This document shows positions 30,369 to 40,999 of a stretch of DNA of 64,000 nucleotides, piece by piece. Made by a program: the position numbers and the translations under genes. Source of the stretch: Wickerhamiella versatilis. Taxonomy: Eukaryota. Each line of letters opens with the position of its first letter. Within the stretch, counting starts at the first letter, position 1. The stretch is from NCBI GenBank assembly GCA_030867685.1, contig JAQOWU010000007.1, forward strand, positions 2,108,001-2,172,000, written 5' to 3'. Under the pieces are notes generated by a model. The model did not search any database, was not told where the DNA came from, and saw only the letters and a list, made by a program, of their open reading frames with translations.

Positions 30369-32450
30369 ATGGGTGACGCGTCGATACCAGGGCTAGCACA
30401 TGAGCCAGCTGGTAGGATAAATTCGACGGCCACAGTGCAAGACGAGCCCCTTGACTCGTCGGCGAGACTCCATGGTTCTGCTGTCTCTATTGCCACGCCC
30501 ACTCCACGGAGGTCAAGGGGCGAGTCTGTTTTGCTTGGTACGCCGCTGTCAAAGCAGGGGACCAGTGTGGAAGGTATTTGGCATGCAAGCTATAGTGGTA
30601 TTGACGTTTTGGAGATGGAAGTTGGTGGCGTGACCATGATGCGGCGTATGCATGATGGCGCTTTGAATGCCACACAAATTTTGAAGTTAGCTGGTGTCGA
30701 CAAGTCACGACGGCTTAAAATACTTGAAAAAGATCTAGGCGGTGTGTATGAAAAGGTTCAGGGGGGTTATGGAAAGTATCAAGGAACCTGGATTCCCTTT
30801 GACAGGGCTGTTCAACTCTGTCAAGAGTATGGAGTTTATGAAGCAGTCAAGTCACTCCTTTTGTACGACAGGGGACTAGAAGATACACCCTCCCGAGAAC
30901 AAGCCGCGGCTCGATGGCGGTCTTCCTCATACATTGCCCCTGCTAGTGCTGCCAGTAGTACTATGGGAGTACCGGCGTCTCCTGCAGTGGCCGCCAGGCC
31001 GGAAAAGACAGCCCCTTATTACAATAATAGAGGCACAAGCTCTGGCTCTGGTTCTGGTTCAGTCATGCAGCAAGATCCTGGGGACCAGGATCATGAGGGG
31101 GCTAAATCCGATCGGCAAAAATCCCAGACACCAACTGTTTGCAATCCTCTGCCCCCCCTTGAACCTAGTCAGGAAAATGAGGCCCAGTTCGATCACAGTC
31201 GTGATATAGTTACGGAGTTGTTTTTGAGTGGTGATACCAAGCAATTGTCCGAAATCGCGCCGAACGAGCAATTGATTGTTGACGTGCCTATTGACGATTC
31301 CGGACATACTGCGCTTCATTGGGCGGCAGCATTGGGTCATATAGACCTTGTACGTGATCTCTTGAACAATGGTGCCAACTGTAGTCGGGGAAATTATGCT
31401 GGCGAAAGTCCACTCATCCGCGCAGTGCTTGTAACGAACAACAGCGAACACTCGAGCTTGGGCGAATTACTTGATTTATTGTGGCCTTCCCTGCCACTTG
31501 TCGATGCGAATGGTCGCTCAGTTCTGCATCACATTACCCTGACCGCAGGCATTCGTGGTAGGGCTGACGCTTCTAAATACTACTTGGAAACGCTGCTAGA
31601 GTGGGTGGTCAAGCATGGTTCCGATCACAAGCTCGGACTTCATTGGCTTGAGGATGAATTGGTAAATATCCAAGACTATAATGGTGACACTGCTTTGAAT
31701 ATTGCAGTTCGTATAGGAAACCGGCAAATTGCTCGGCAGCTCACAAATGTGAATGCCAGTGCAGGTATACCTAATAGAGCTGGACTCAGGCCCGTGGATT
31801 TTGGAATTACTGCAAATCTAAAAGTTCCGAAGACAAACGTCAAGCGCGAACACCATGTGACCCCGACCGAACGACGCAAACAGGTTTTGGGTTCACTCAG
31901 AGAGCTTATCGCGAACCTGGAAACACAATTCCAGCATGAGGTTGAATCCAAGCAAAAGCTTATCGAATCTTTACACAAGGAGCTGAAAGAGAATAATACG
32001 GCGCTGGCAGCTGTTACAGAACAGGAATATCAGATTCGAGCGCTCACCGAGAAAGTGGAGGACCTTCGTAGGCAATCTCGTTCCCTTAGTGAAACAATAG
32101 CAATGGAAGCTGCAAGAATGGGTGCACCAATGGGTCTGCATGAGAAGTTTGACCCGGACCAGCCATTTCGAGTAACCGATGAAATGAGTTGTCAACTTCC
32201 GCCTGTTTTGTTGGAAGCAAGAATCCGTGCCTACGAGGCAAATAACTCGCGTCTCAAAAAAATGCGTGATGATCTTCACGCCAATTCCCGCGACAGAGAA
32301 GCGAAATACCGTCACGTGGTCTCTCTTTGCACAGGAGTGGCGGAGGACAGTGTCGATGAGCTCCTAGGGTCCCTTGTTAAAGCTGTCGAGTCGGACTCTC
32401 ATGAAGCCGTAAACATCGACCTGGCCCAGCTAGTTAAGAAACTAGGATAA
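30369..32450 (+). CDS. SWI6: SBF/MBF subunit (KilA-N plus ankyrin repeats), Swi6/Cdc10-type
   Basis: NATQILKLAG, EKVQGGYGKYQGTW, GHTALHWAAALG, YLETLLEWVV, GDTALNIAVRIGNR, C-terminal coiled coil. Confidence 0.8.
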   Translation: MGDASIPGLAHEPAGRINSTATVQDEPLDSSARLHGSAVSIATPTPRRSRGESVLLGTPLSKQGTSVEGIWHASYSGIDVLEMEVGGVTMMRRMHDGALNATQILKLAGVDKSRRLKILEKDLGGVYEKVQGGYGKYQGTWIPFDRAVQLCQEYGVYEAVKSLLLYDRGLEDTPSREQAAARWRSSSYIAPASAASSTMGVPASPAVAARPEKTAPYYNNRGTSSGSGSGSVMQQDPGDQDHEGAKSDRQKSQTPTVCNPLPPLEPSQENEAQFDHSRDIVTELFLSGDTKQLSEIAPNEQLIVDVPIDDSGHTALHWAAALGHIDLVRDLLNNGANCSRGNYAGESPLIRAVLVTNNSEHSSLGELLDLLWPSLPLVDANGRSVLHHITLTAGIRGRADASKYYLETLLEWVVKHGSDHKLGLHWLEDELVNIQDYNGDTALNIAVRIGNRQIARQLTNVNASAGIPNRAGLRPVDFGITANLKVPKTNVKREHHVTPTERRKQVLGSLRELIANLETQFQHEVESKQKLIESLHKELKENNTALAAVTEQEYQIRALTEKVEDLRRQSRSLSETIAMEAARMGAPMGLHEKFDPDQPFRVTDEMSCQLPPVLLEARIRAYEANNSRLKKMRDDLHANSRDREAKYRHVVSLCTGVAEDSVDELLGSLVKAVESDSHEAVNIDLAQLVKKLG

Positions 32451-32530
32451 TGATATTATTTCTATTGTAAGCATATATTTACTGCTCTAAGAAAACAAAC
32501 AAAATCAGTGGCCGTGTACGGCCAACTAAA

Positions 32531-33277
32531 TCATATATATGAAATAAATGCAAAAAAACAAAAAACACCAGCCAGCAAGCTGAGCCGGTACCAGTTGTCA
32601 TTAGTACTAAAGTCTGGTGGTCCAACCCAGTTGCAGAATGAGTGCACCGCAAATGAGGCCCACACAGACCCCGTGCGTATCAAGATTTCAGATGCCACAA
32701 TTCCAAAAACAGTGGTCATAAAGATGTGGAGAAGTGTCCCAATTATAGCTCTGTTTAGGCTCAAACGCCCATGGTACCAGGCAGAGATTCCATGATGGCA
32801 ATGTGACATCCCAAACAATAAGGAATTCTCGATAGCACCTCTGGAAAGCGCATCCGCTGCCTCATACATCGCAATCCCAGCACCTCTAAAGACAAGCTCC
32901 TCTGAGAGTGGACCGACCAAGTAGTCCCGAATACCCTCCAAGCCATGTGAGGCAACAGGTGGCCAATCTTTTATGAGAGGACCATTAAATAAAGCCGCCA
33001 TCAAAAGTAATGCCCGTGCAATGGCTCCGAGATCTAGTTTCCATCTCTCTAACGAAATCAAATAACTCCAAGAGCCCAATCCAAGACGACTACCCAACCA
33101 AGGAGCAAGAATGAAGGAGGCAAGACCAGAGTAGGCTACCACGGCTACTAAACGAGAACGTATAGACTTGAGGTGGCTACGTGGCAACTTTCGCGCCGCA
33201 CTAGGTATGTAAACTTGGCACACAAACCCTACCGACAGGCCAACGTTTATTAGCCGAGCCTTAAAAAGTGGGTCCAT
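32531..33277 (-). CDS. RCE1: CaaX prenyl protease Rce1
   Basis: RDYLVGPLSEELVFR, FGMSHCHH, HSFCNWVGPP. Confidence 0.92.
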   Translation of the reverse strand: MDPLFKARLINVGLSVGFVCQVYIPSAARKLPRSHLKSIRSRLVAVVAYSGLASFILAPWLGSRLGLGSWSYLISLERWKLDLGAIARALLLMAALFNGPLIKDWPPVASHGLEGIRDYLVGPLSEELVFRGAGIAMYEAADALSRGAIENSLLFGMSHCHHGISAWYHGRLSLNRAIIGTLLHIFMTTVFGIVASEILIRTGSVWASFAVHSFCNWVGPPDFSTNDNWYRLSLLAGVFCFFAFISYI

Positions 33278-33640
33278 AGTCGAGGGTAAGGGGGTGAGTC
33301 GAGTCCTTGTTCATATTGATACTCTCATGCGTATTCGCCACAGCTTGTGGCCCTGGCAGTGACATGGTTATTCATACATACCATTCTGTTATGTATGAAT
33401 TCGGCATTGGATTGGTTTCCGTACTGTATGTATGCAAAGTCAATGACATGTTTATATACAACTATAATTGGAGTGACTTTCCTATTCTCCCTGACCTTTG
33501 TTTCTTATTTGCCATAAGCCCTTAATATCTTATCTGTTGCCTTAGGATAGCTATACCCATTGTTTGGCCAGCCGTAACGCTACGACTTCTCATAGCTTAC
33601 ATACACGATTGATATCGAGGGCACACAGGACACTGGAAGA

Positions 33641-34213
33641 ATGGCTTTGGTGGGAAAAAAGGCATTGATTTCATGCTTATCCGTTGGTGTTTTGGGATTA
33701 TTGGCTATGCCTTTGGGGCTTTTCAAGCGTGATCGCGACACAATGGAAGCATGGAACACACTTCTGGCAATCACAACGGTGGCGTTGACTTTTGCATTGG
33801 TGATGCGTCCACAGTCAAGCAATGCCTCTCAATTTAAGGCATTGAAATCTTTGGATCTCCAGACTTGGTCTTGCATTAATCCGCAATCTCTCGACCACCT
33901 GTTAGAAGGAGGTGTAGCACCCCCAGAACTCATGCTAGCATTTCGAAATGAGGCTGGTTTCTCGTTTGTAATAGACTGTAGAAAGCATGACAATGGCCTC
34001 ATTGCTACGATTTCCAGTGACTTATCGCATCCAGGCTCATTTCCTGAGGGAGGTTACTCCAAGCTTTCTCACGATGACAGGACGTCACTTTTACGTGATG
34101 TCTATAATATATACGGTAATTTGGATGGATATAATACGATTCTGGCAATGTACTTCATTCCTGCACCGGTAAGGAGAAGGCATCGTATTGTATTCAGGTC
34201 CTTAAAGCATTAA
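33641..34213 (+). CDS. Hypothetical protein with two N-terminal hydrophobic segments
   Basis: 190-aa ATG ORF; no family recognised. Confidence 0.55.
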   Translation: MALVGKKALISCLSVGVLGLLAMPLGLFKRDRDTMEAWNTLLAITTVALTFALVMRPQSSNASQFKALKSLDLQTWSCINPQSLDHLLEGGVAPPELMLAFRNEAGFSFVIDCRKHDNGLIATISSDLSHPGSFPEGGYSKLSHDDRTSLLRDVYNIYGNLDGYNTILAMYFIPAPVRRRHRIVFRSLKH

Positions 34214-34261
34214 ATTGTTAAGTCCTACGATCTAAGGTAAGGTAGTGTGCTATATTTATGT

Positions 34262-37200
34262 CTAGGAGTAGTTTAAGCGGCAAGACGAGGGAGATTTTAT
34301 CAGTATTGTCCTATCGGCAACGGTCGCTAATTGAGAATCATGTGTTATTACAAGAATTGTCATTCGTCGTGTATTCTTAATGTCACGAATCAGGGATTTA
34401 ATTATTTCCGCGTGTGTCACATCGAGTGCTGAGGTACATTCATCCAGTATGAGTACTTGTGGCTGCCTCATGAGAGCACGAGCTATACCCAATCTTTGCA
34501 GTTGACCTCCGCTAAGCAGGTCGGGCGTAATCTCGGTGTCGTATCCAAACTCAAGTTCCGAAACAAAATCATCCACTCCACATAGGTAGCATATTTCTTT
34601 CATATTTTGTTCGGCACCCAGGTCATCCAAATCTAGGGCATACCACAAATTTTCGCGAATCGTTCCTTCGAAAAAGTCTAGAGGCATTTGGCCAACGAGA
34701 CTGAACTCTCGCCTTATTATATCCACAGGTATGTCCTGTAAATCTTCTCCGCCGACATAGATGTGGCCCTGTGATGGTGATTCAAGTCGCATCAGCATCC
34801 TAGCGATCGCAGACTTTCCGCAACCTGACGGACCAGCGATAGCTACGGTTTCTCCAGGATTTATTTGTGCTGTAATTCCACCCAGATATTGAATTCCCGA
34901 ATCGTAGCGAATACTCACTTTTTCCAAGCTCAATTCACGCAAGTTTAGGTTGGAAACCTCTTTCGGGGCTGGGCTATTATTCTCGGTATCAGGCGCACAG
35001 AGAACAGCCATGAGCCTTTGCGAAGCCTCAAATCCAGGCCCGACACTGGCAATTGTCGACATTAATTGAGCAATTGTGGTAATGGTAAATATTACCATTG
35101 AAAATACCAGCATCACATCGTGGGGGTTACTCTCGAACCGAGAGATCATACGCATCCCAAACCAGATCATAAGCCCCTCAAGCGCGAATGGAAAAGACAT
35201 CACTAGAGAGTGCATTATACTAGCACGTAAGACTAAAATTCTTGTCTCAGAGCCGAGTTTAGCTTCTCGAGCGTTATAATATCCGCCGAAATATGCCTCT
35301 AGCCCTGTATATTTAAGTGTCCGATGACCTGCGACAATATCTGTTAGTAGGCGGGCTACTTGGGATCTCAGCTTCTCTCTGCGGTTAAACAGATGCTGGT
35401 TCTCACGCTTATACAACTGTGTGGTGAGTAGAAAGACGGGTAGAAGCGATAATGAAACAAGGGTGAGCTTCCAAGAAGTGGCGATGGCCCAAAAGAAGCC
35501 AGTAACAATTAAAATGAATATTGAGACTATACCAGGCCAGTAAAGTGTAATTATCAGCGCGCATTTCTCGCTATCAGATGCGATAAGTTTTGTGTAGTAG
35601 GTGGCCTTATCCTTGTGGACTCTTGAGAATACCAATTTTGTGAAGATTTGGTCTCTTACTGTTCTCAGCCATCTTTCCGCGGCAATATTGAGAATGGTTT
35701 TAAGATAAGTTGTAAGGCCATCGCCAAAGGCGCACAGTAGAACAAGCATCGCCCACATTGTAATATTACTCGCGGAGACGTCGAATATTCCCATTATGAG
35801 GTGGGAAAATACCATCGCAAACAAGGGATTGATGATAGCATGAGCTGCAGCTGCTAATATTCCAACAAATAAAACCATTTTGGAGGGAATTGAGCGATAC
35901 ATTTCAAGGTCTGTGCTTTTAACCTTCGTTTCCATATAATCTTTGACCTCAAAAAGGTCTACTTCTTCAACCTCTGTTTGAAAAACCTCAACAATTGCTT
36001 CACTTTTTTCTGGAAATGAGTCATGTCCAGCACTAAAGGCTTCAGAAACAGAACTGAAGGCCTGAGCGGTGCCATCAGACATTACCAGAACGGGGCTATC
36101 CTCGGGAATCAGCCCGTAGTTATGGGTAATCAAAATCGTTGTTCTCCCACTACGGTGTTTTGCCAATCTGCTCAATATTCTCTTCTGTGTTTCCTCTTCC
36201 AATGCTGCTGTCGGTTCATCTAATATCACGATAGGACGATCACATAGCCATGCCCGAGCCAGTGCTATTCTCTGCCGCTGTCCTCCACTTAGAGGATAAC
36301 TTCCTCGCGTTCTTAGGCCATCCGGGAGTTTATCGACAAATTCCAATGCGTCAACAGCCATTAATGCGCTTTCTACATCTAATTCCGTGACTGATTCCGG
36401 ATTTCGACACGCAATACGTATGTTTTCGTAAAGGGAAATATCGAAAAGGTGTGGTTGTTGCTGTACAACATAAATGTTATCATGAATCCAATTCAGCGAT
36501 AATAACTCTATATTTTTGTCGTCAATTGTAATCAGTCCTGTGTGTATTGGATACTGCCTAGACAGAAGTGCTGTCAATGTGGACTTCCCACAACCGGAAT
36601 TACCAATAACATATGACATTTGGCCAGAGGGGAAGTACATGGATGCACCTGAAAGTACAATATCGGAACGAGTAGGATAGCTAAACACCAGATTTTCGAT
36701 TCGGATTTCACCATCCACCTTCAATGGATATTGCCCGACTGTTAGGTCAACATCATTGTCAATATCCTTATTAAATAAATCAGAAAGACGCTGGGCACTA
36801 ATGAATCCTTTTTGAAGCTCTATGGTATGTGACATAAGTACCTGGAGCAGTCCAGCAGCACTTAAAATGCTCCAAAATACGATGACAACTGATCCAGCAT
36901 CTAGACCATGATGGCGCACCATGTAGCTCCCAAAATAGAACCCTTGGACAAATATAGTGAGTACAACGAATCTTGCAATACCTTGCTGCAAATTGAACCA
37001 GTTCCAGTATCTTAAACTCACGCTTTGTTGTTTGTACAATAGTTGACGCACTTTAAGTGTCTCATAGCCTTCGCGTTGGCATGTTTTTACTGTATTCAAC
37101 GCCGATAGGACCCAATTAATTCGTCCCGATATAGTTTGGAGTATATTTTTTGAAGACTCCACTTCCCGAGTGACGCAAGGTCCAATAAAAGAAATAATAA

Positions 37201-37732
37201 TTGCCAGCACAGGAACACCGGCAAGACAGACCAAAGTGACAGACCAGGAGTAGCAAAACGCTATCACTATCTGGACCAATATAGCAGTTATCATCGAAAC
37301 AAGCTCTGACATACATAGGCCCGTAGCAAGTTCTAGGTCCTGAATGTCCTTGAAACTATTAAGTATCTCGCCCTGAATGTCAGCGTGCTTGTCAAACCAG
37401 GCCAGGTCGCTGCTTGAATAAACCTTGTATAGCTGTTTGCGAGCATATTTGCCCTGGCGAAAGCCCAATGATGTCCAAACTGTATATAGTAGGGTGTGAA
37501 GAACTAGACTTATCAAGCCCAGCGACCAAATCCCGACACAATAGGTTAAAACATCACTCATGAAGTCAGAAGGATCTTGTGAGTTTACAAAAAAGGTTTG
37601 AAGACTTGTGAAAACCTTCCCGATGAATATAGTTGTCACGGGGCCCGGTATCGCGACAGCTGCTGCCAAGAGCAAGCCGATAATTAGCTGAACATAGTCC
37701 AACGCTGAGCCCAAAAAGTAAATGTTTCTCAT
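34262..37732 (-). CDS. STE6: Full-length ABCB transporter, a-factor exporter Ste6-like
   Basis: TMD-NBD-TMD-NBD; GNSGCGKST, LSGGQRQR, LSGGQLQRL, LILDECTSALD; start at ATG 37732 or via an upstream exon. Confidence 0.8.
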   Translation of the reverse strand: MRNIYFLGSALDYVQLIIGLLLAAAVAIPGPVTTIFIGKVFTSLQTFFVNSQDPSDFMSDVLTYCVGIWSLGLISLVLHTLLYTVWTSLGFRQGKYARKQLYKVYSSSDLAWFDKHADIQGEILNSFKDIQDLELATGLCMSELVSMITAILVQIVIAFCYSWSVTLVCLAGVPVLAIIISFIGPCVTREVESSKNILQTISGRINWVLSALNTVKTCQREGYETLKVRQLLYKQQSVSLRYWNWFNLQQGIARFVVLTIFVQGFYFGSYMVRHHGLDAGSVVIVFWSILSAAGLLQVLMSHTIELQKGFISAQRLSDLFNKDIDNDVDLTVGQYPLKVDGEIRIENLVFSYPTRSDIVLSGASMYFPSGQMSYVIGNSGCGKSTLTALLSRQYPIHTGLITIDDKNIELLSLNWIHDNIYVVQQQPHLFDISLYENIRIACRNPESVTELDVESALMAVDALEFVDKLPDGLRTRGSYPLSGGQRQRIALARAWLCDRPIVILDEPTAALEEETQKRILSRLAKHRSGRTTILITHNYGLIPEDSPVLVMSDGTAQAFSSVSEAFSAGHDSFPEKSEAIVEVFQTEVEEVDLFEVKDYMETKVKSTDLEMYRSIPSKMVLFVGILAAAAHAIINPLFAMVFSHLIMGIFDVSASNITMWAMLVLLCAFGDGLTTYLKTILNIAAERWLRTVRDQIFTKLVFSRVHKDKATYYTKLIASDSEKCALIITLYWPGIVSIFILIVTGFFWAIATSWKLTLVSLSLLPVFLLTTQLYKRENQHLFNRREKLRSQVARLLTDIVAGHRTLKYTGLEAYFGGYYNAREAKLGSETRILVLRASIMHSLVMSFPFALEGLMIWFGMRMISRFESNPHDVMLVFSMVIFTITTIAQLMSTIASVGPGFEASQRLMAVLCAPDTENNSPAPKEVSNLNLRELSLEKVSIRYDSGIQYLGGITAQINPGETVAIAGPSGCGKSAIARMLMRLESPSQGHIYVGGEDLQDIPVDIIRREFSLVGQMPLDFFEGTIRENLWYALDLDDLGAEQNMKEICYLCGVDDFVSELEFGYDTEITPDLLSGGQLQRLGIARALMRQPQVLILDECTSALDVTHAEIIKSLIRDIKNTRRMTILVITHDSQLATVADRTILIKSPSSCRLNYS

Positions 37733-37814
37733 GAAGCTGGGAGAATCATTGGGCTCTCCTCTCAGCTGATATATAGGACCCACCTAGACAACACAGCCGG
37801 GCAACCCGTCACTG

Positions 37815-37868
37815 TGACTTCCCAAAAGGGCAATTTAGTGTCACGTGATACTCATCTGCAATGTTTCA
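37815..37868 (-). promoter_or_regulatory. Mcm1-type site, E-box and pheromone response element upstream of STE6
   Basis: TGACTTCCCAAAAGGGCA 37815-37832; TCACGTGA 37841-37848; TGAAACA on minus strand 37862-37868. Confidence 0.55.
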
Positions 37869-38158
37869 TGGAGCGATATAGGTACCTTAGAGGGAAGTGA
37901 ATAGACTTGTACAATAAAAACAACCAGCGATAAATCTACATTTGCCTCTATGTATCAATTACTTGTACACTGGGGCGTGGATAACTTACCTTAAGGTTCT
38001 GTAAGTTTTGTTGGCATATATCTAGCCCCTTAAACATGACCGAGAGGCCCAATATGCAAAGATAGATGTGATAACTTCTTCCCATGATTTTTTATGGAGA
38101 GTAATAGCCTATGGTCATTTGATAATGCAAGTGCGTGCAAGGTACCACCTAATTAGTC

Positions 38159-38440
38159 ATGTCAAATATTCTTAAGATTTTTGCACCGCAGTCACCCAAC
38201 GAAGAAACTCCTGGTGAGGAAAAGCCGTGCCTCGGGTGTCTAGCTACCTCTGCAAGTGTTCTGACACTCGGTGGGCTCTACCTGGCATCAGGTTTGGTAT
38301 TCAGGGGCACTGTTCCGTCGCGAATCTATGCGACTGGCGTGAGAGCCGCGGGTGGTGGTGTAACTGTCTTCGGGCTTTATCGTGGGCGCGAGGCATGGGA
38401 TCTATACCAACGTGAGAAAAAGGAAATTAGTGATGTATGA
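38159..38440 (+). CDS. Small membrane protein, DUF4536/DMAC1-like
   Basis: CLGC followed by two Gly-rich TM segments. Confidence 0.6.
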   Translation: MSNILKIFAPQSPNEETPGEEKPCLGCLATSASVLTLGGLYLASGLVFRGTVPSRIYATGVRAAGGGVTVFGLYRGREAWDLYQREKKEISDV

Positions 38441-38982
38441 TGGTAACTAAGGAATTGCATCTGATATTTCTATGTCTTTATTAGCTTGCAACGGATCTAT
38501 ATGCTTTCTCTCCCCATTTTTTGGTCAATCTAATCTCACGATCTGAACGTAATTTCTGATTTACATGTGGTGGGCTGGCTTGATTTTGAAAACGTTGATT
38601 ATACGAATACTTGAACTGTACATAGTGAAGATTACAATAGAATTGTTAAAATTCTACGAATACGAGTTTACGTTCCTCACCATTGCTTAACTCATAATTT
38701 GCCTATTTAGGGACCCACTTTTATAATTGGATCGGGCTAGGGTTGTCTGGCCACTAGATCTCTACATCTAGCCCTGTTACATAAATAAGTACCAACACAA
38801 TCAGCACTGGTCCAATAAATATTAGGTTTATATGTATTTTGTTAAACCCGGAGAGAAAGTTGCCTGAGTGCAAAGCTTCACAGGGGTTATGCAGACCGCG
38901 AGACATTATATCGTTGTTCCGATCCGAGTGCTGACGAATCCTGTCCGCCCTTTCTGGTCGAGGGCCCGAAGCCTCTAGAGTG

Positions 38983-40299
38983 ATGAACCGCGCCTTTAAA
39001 AGCCAAAATTGCAAAAAATGCGGTAAGCCACTTCTGGAGGGACGAGCATATGAACTATCGGGGTACCGCTGGCATGTGGAATGTTTCACTTGCTCTAAGT
39101 GTCACCGTTTGCTAGAGTCTGACGCTAATATGTTAGTGTTGGGCGACGGGACATTAGTGTGCAATGATTGCTCATACCCTTGTTCTATATGCTCGAAGAA
39201 AATCGAAGATCTAGCGATACTAGCAAATGATCAAGCCTTTTGTGCATCGTGCTTTGCTTGCCGAAACTGTGGGCGTAAAATTGACGATTTGCGATATGCT
39301 CGTACTTCGCAAGGGATATTTTGCATGGAATGCCATCATAAGTTGCTCTCATATAGACAAATTAAGCGCACCACGCGAGAGAGTGACCTTCCTGACGTTC
39401 CAAAACCAATTACAAGGGAGGATGCGGGATCTCGCCTATTACAGCCTCCACTTGAGGTACATCCACCAAGCGACATCTCCCTATCGCCAAAGAAATCTAA
39501 TGCAACATCATATGAACGGATTGACGTTCCGGAACTTGCCCCTTTGACCTTGGAACCAACTGAAATAGCACCCCTTGATCCTCGTCCCAGGCGGATATCA
39601 ACGCCGTCACCATCACATTCCATAGTCAGTGAAACGCCTAAGGCTCCATCCTCTGCACCTGTAGAGGCTCGAACGCCACATCGAAAAGACATTGCCAGTC
39701 TGTCCTTATCACCCCGCTTTTGGATGAATTTCCGTAGCCCCAAAACTCCCGGGCGTTCTGGCGGATCCCGGAACAATAACATTACATCAGTAGGAACACC
39801 CACGCTACAGTACTCAAGTGGGGATGCTGTTTTAGGGACTGAAAAGCGGGAAAATGGGGCAGCATCTAAACATAAGCGCAGCTTCAGTGAGAACTCGCCT
39901 GACCTGGGAAATACTTCCATGTACAACGAAGTTCAAGAATTAAAATATATTCGCGATGCGTTGCAACAGGATATTTCACACGCCATGAAAACTCGAGAGC
40001 AGCTTAAGTCTGAAATAGAGGCTGCGCTAAGCGAGAGGGATGCTGCGCAGAAAGAAGCGATGGAATTGCAGCAGCATAATCGCCAGCTTCGTGAGATGAA
40101 CGATGAGCTTCTTCGGCGAACCGTTGAAAAATTTGGTCCACAAAGCCTATGGGGTTCTGATATGCCGTCGGAGTCATCTCAGCCACGATCGGGGGATACT
40201 GACGCGCCTACAGAACCAGCTGAACCACTGGTAACTGTACTAGGAGAGCCAATGCGTCCTCGTAAGGGTATATGGCCCTGGAAAAGACCGAAGCATCAA

Positions 40300-40353
<54 letters not shown>

Positions 40354-40953
40354 GAGCAGCAGCAACAGCAGCCGTACCCCTACCATAATGCATCACCGCC
40401 CTCTAAGTCAGGAGGCACACTCTTACCTCAACATGGGGTTCCTGAGATCGTCCAACGCTGTATCGCGGAAGTGGAAATGCGCGGTTTAGATTTCGAAGGA
40501 ATATATCGTAAATCTGGATCAAAGTCTCAGGTTGATTCGATATTGGATTATTTTGGTGGCGACCTCTCGTCCGAAAGCGCACTCCATGGAGATATCAGTG
40601 CTGTTACCAGCGCTGTCAAGCAATACTTAAGATATCTGGCTATTCCTGTCATACCATTCGATTACTATGATTCATTTATTTCTGCTCGGGATGATGTGAG
40701 AGCAATGCAGGAAGTATGCCAAACTCTACCCGAAAACCATTTCGTTACTCTTCAAGCAATTATTAGACACTTGAGCATTGTTGCTAGTCATGGTGACACT
40801 AATCTCATGACACCCCACAACCTCGCTGTGGTATTCGCCCCAACATTGGTGAGAGACGAATCCGGCAGACGTGAAATAGAGGACATGAACTTGCGTAGCA
40901 ATGCGGCGCAGTTACTTATTACGAATTGTGATCTTATTTTTAAAGTTGACTAG
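38983..40953 (+). CDS. RGA1: LIM-domain RhoGAP, Rga1/Rga2 family
   Basis: Two N-terminal LIM domains, coiled coil, RGLDFEGIYRKSG, NLMTPHNLAVVFAPTL. Confidence 0.88.
40297..40371 (+). repeat. CAG/CAA tract encoding Q19-E-Q5
   Basis: 25 codons read directly. Confidence 0.95.
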
Positions 40954-40999
40954 AAGAAAATACGACATTCATCAATAGAAAATAATGCATTGGTGGTTT

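Noticed and set aside
37981..38040. ACTTACCTTAAG resembling the 5' end of U1 snRNA
   Set aside because: No U1-70K loop (GATCANGAAG) follows; better explained as a minus-strand GTAAGT or chance
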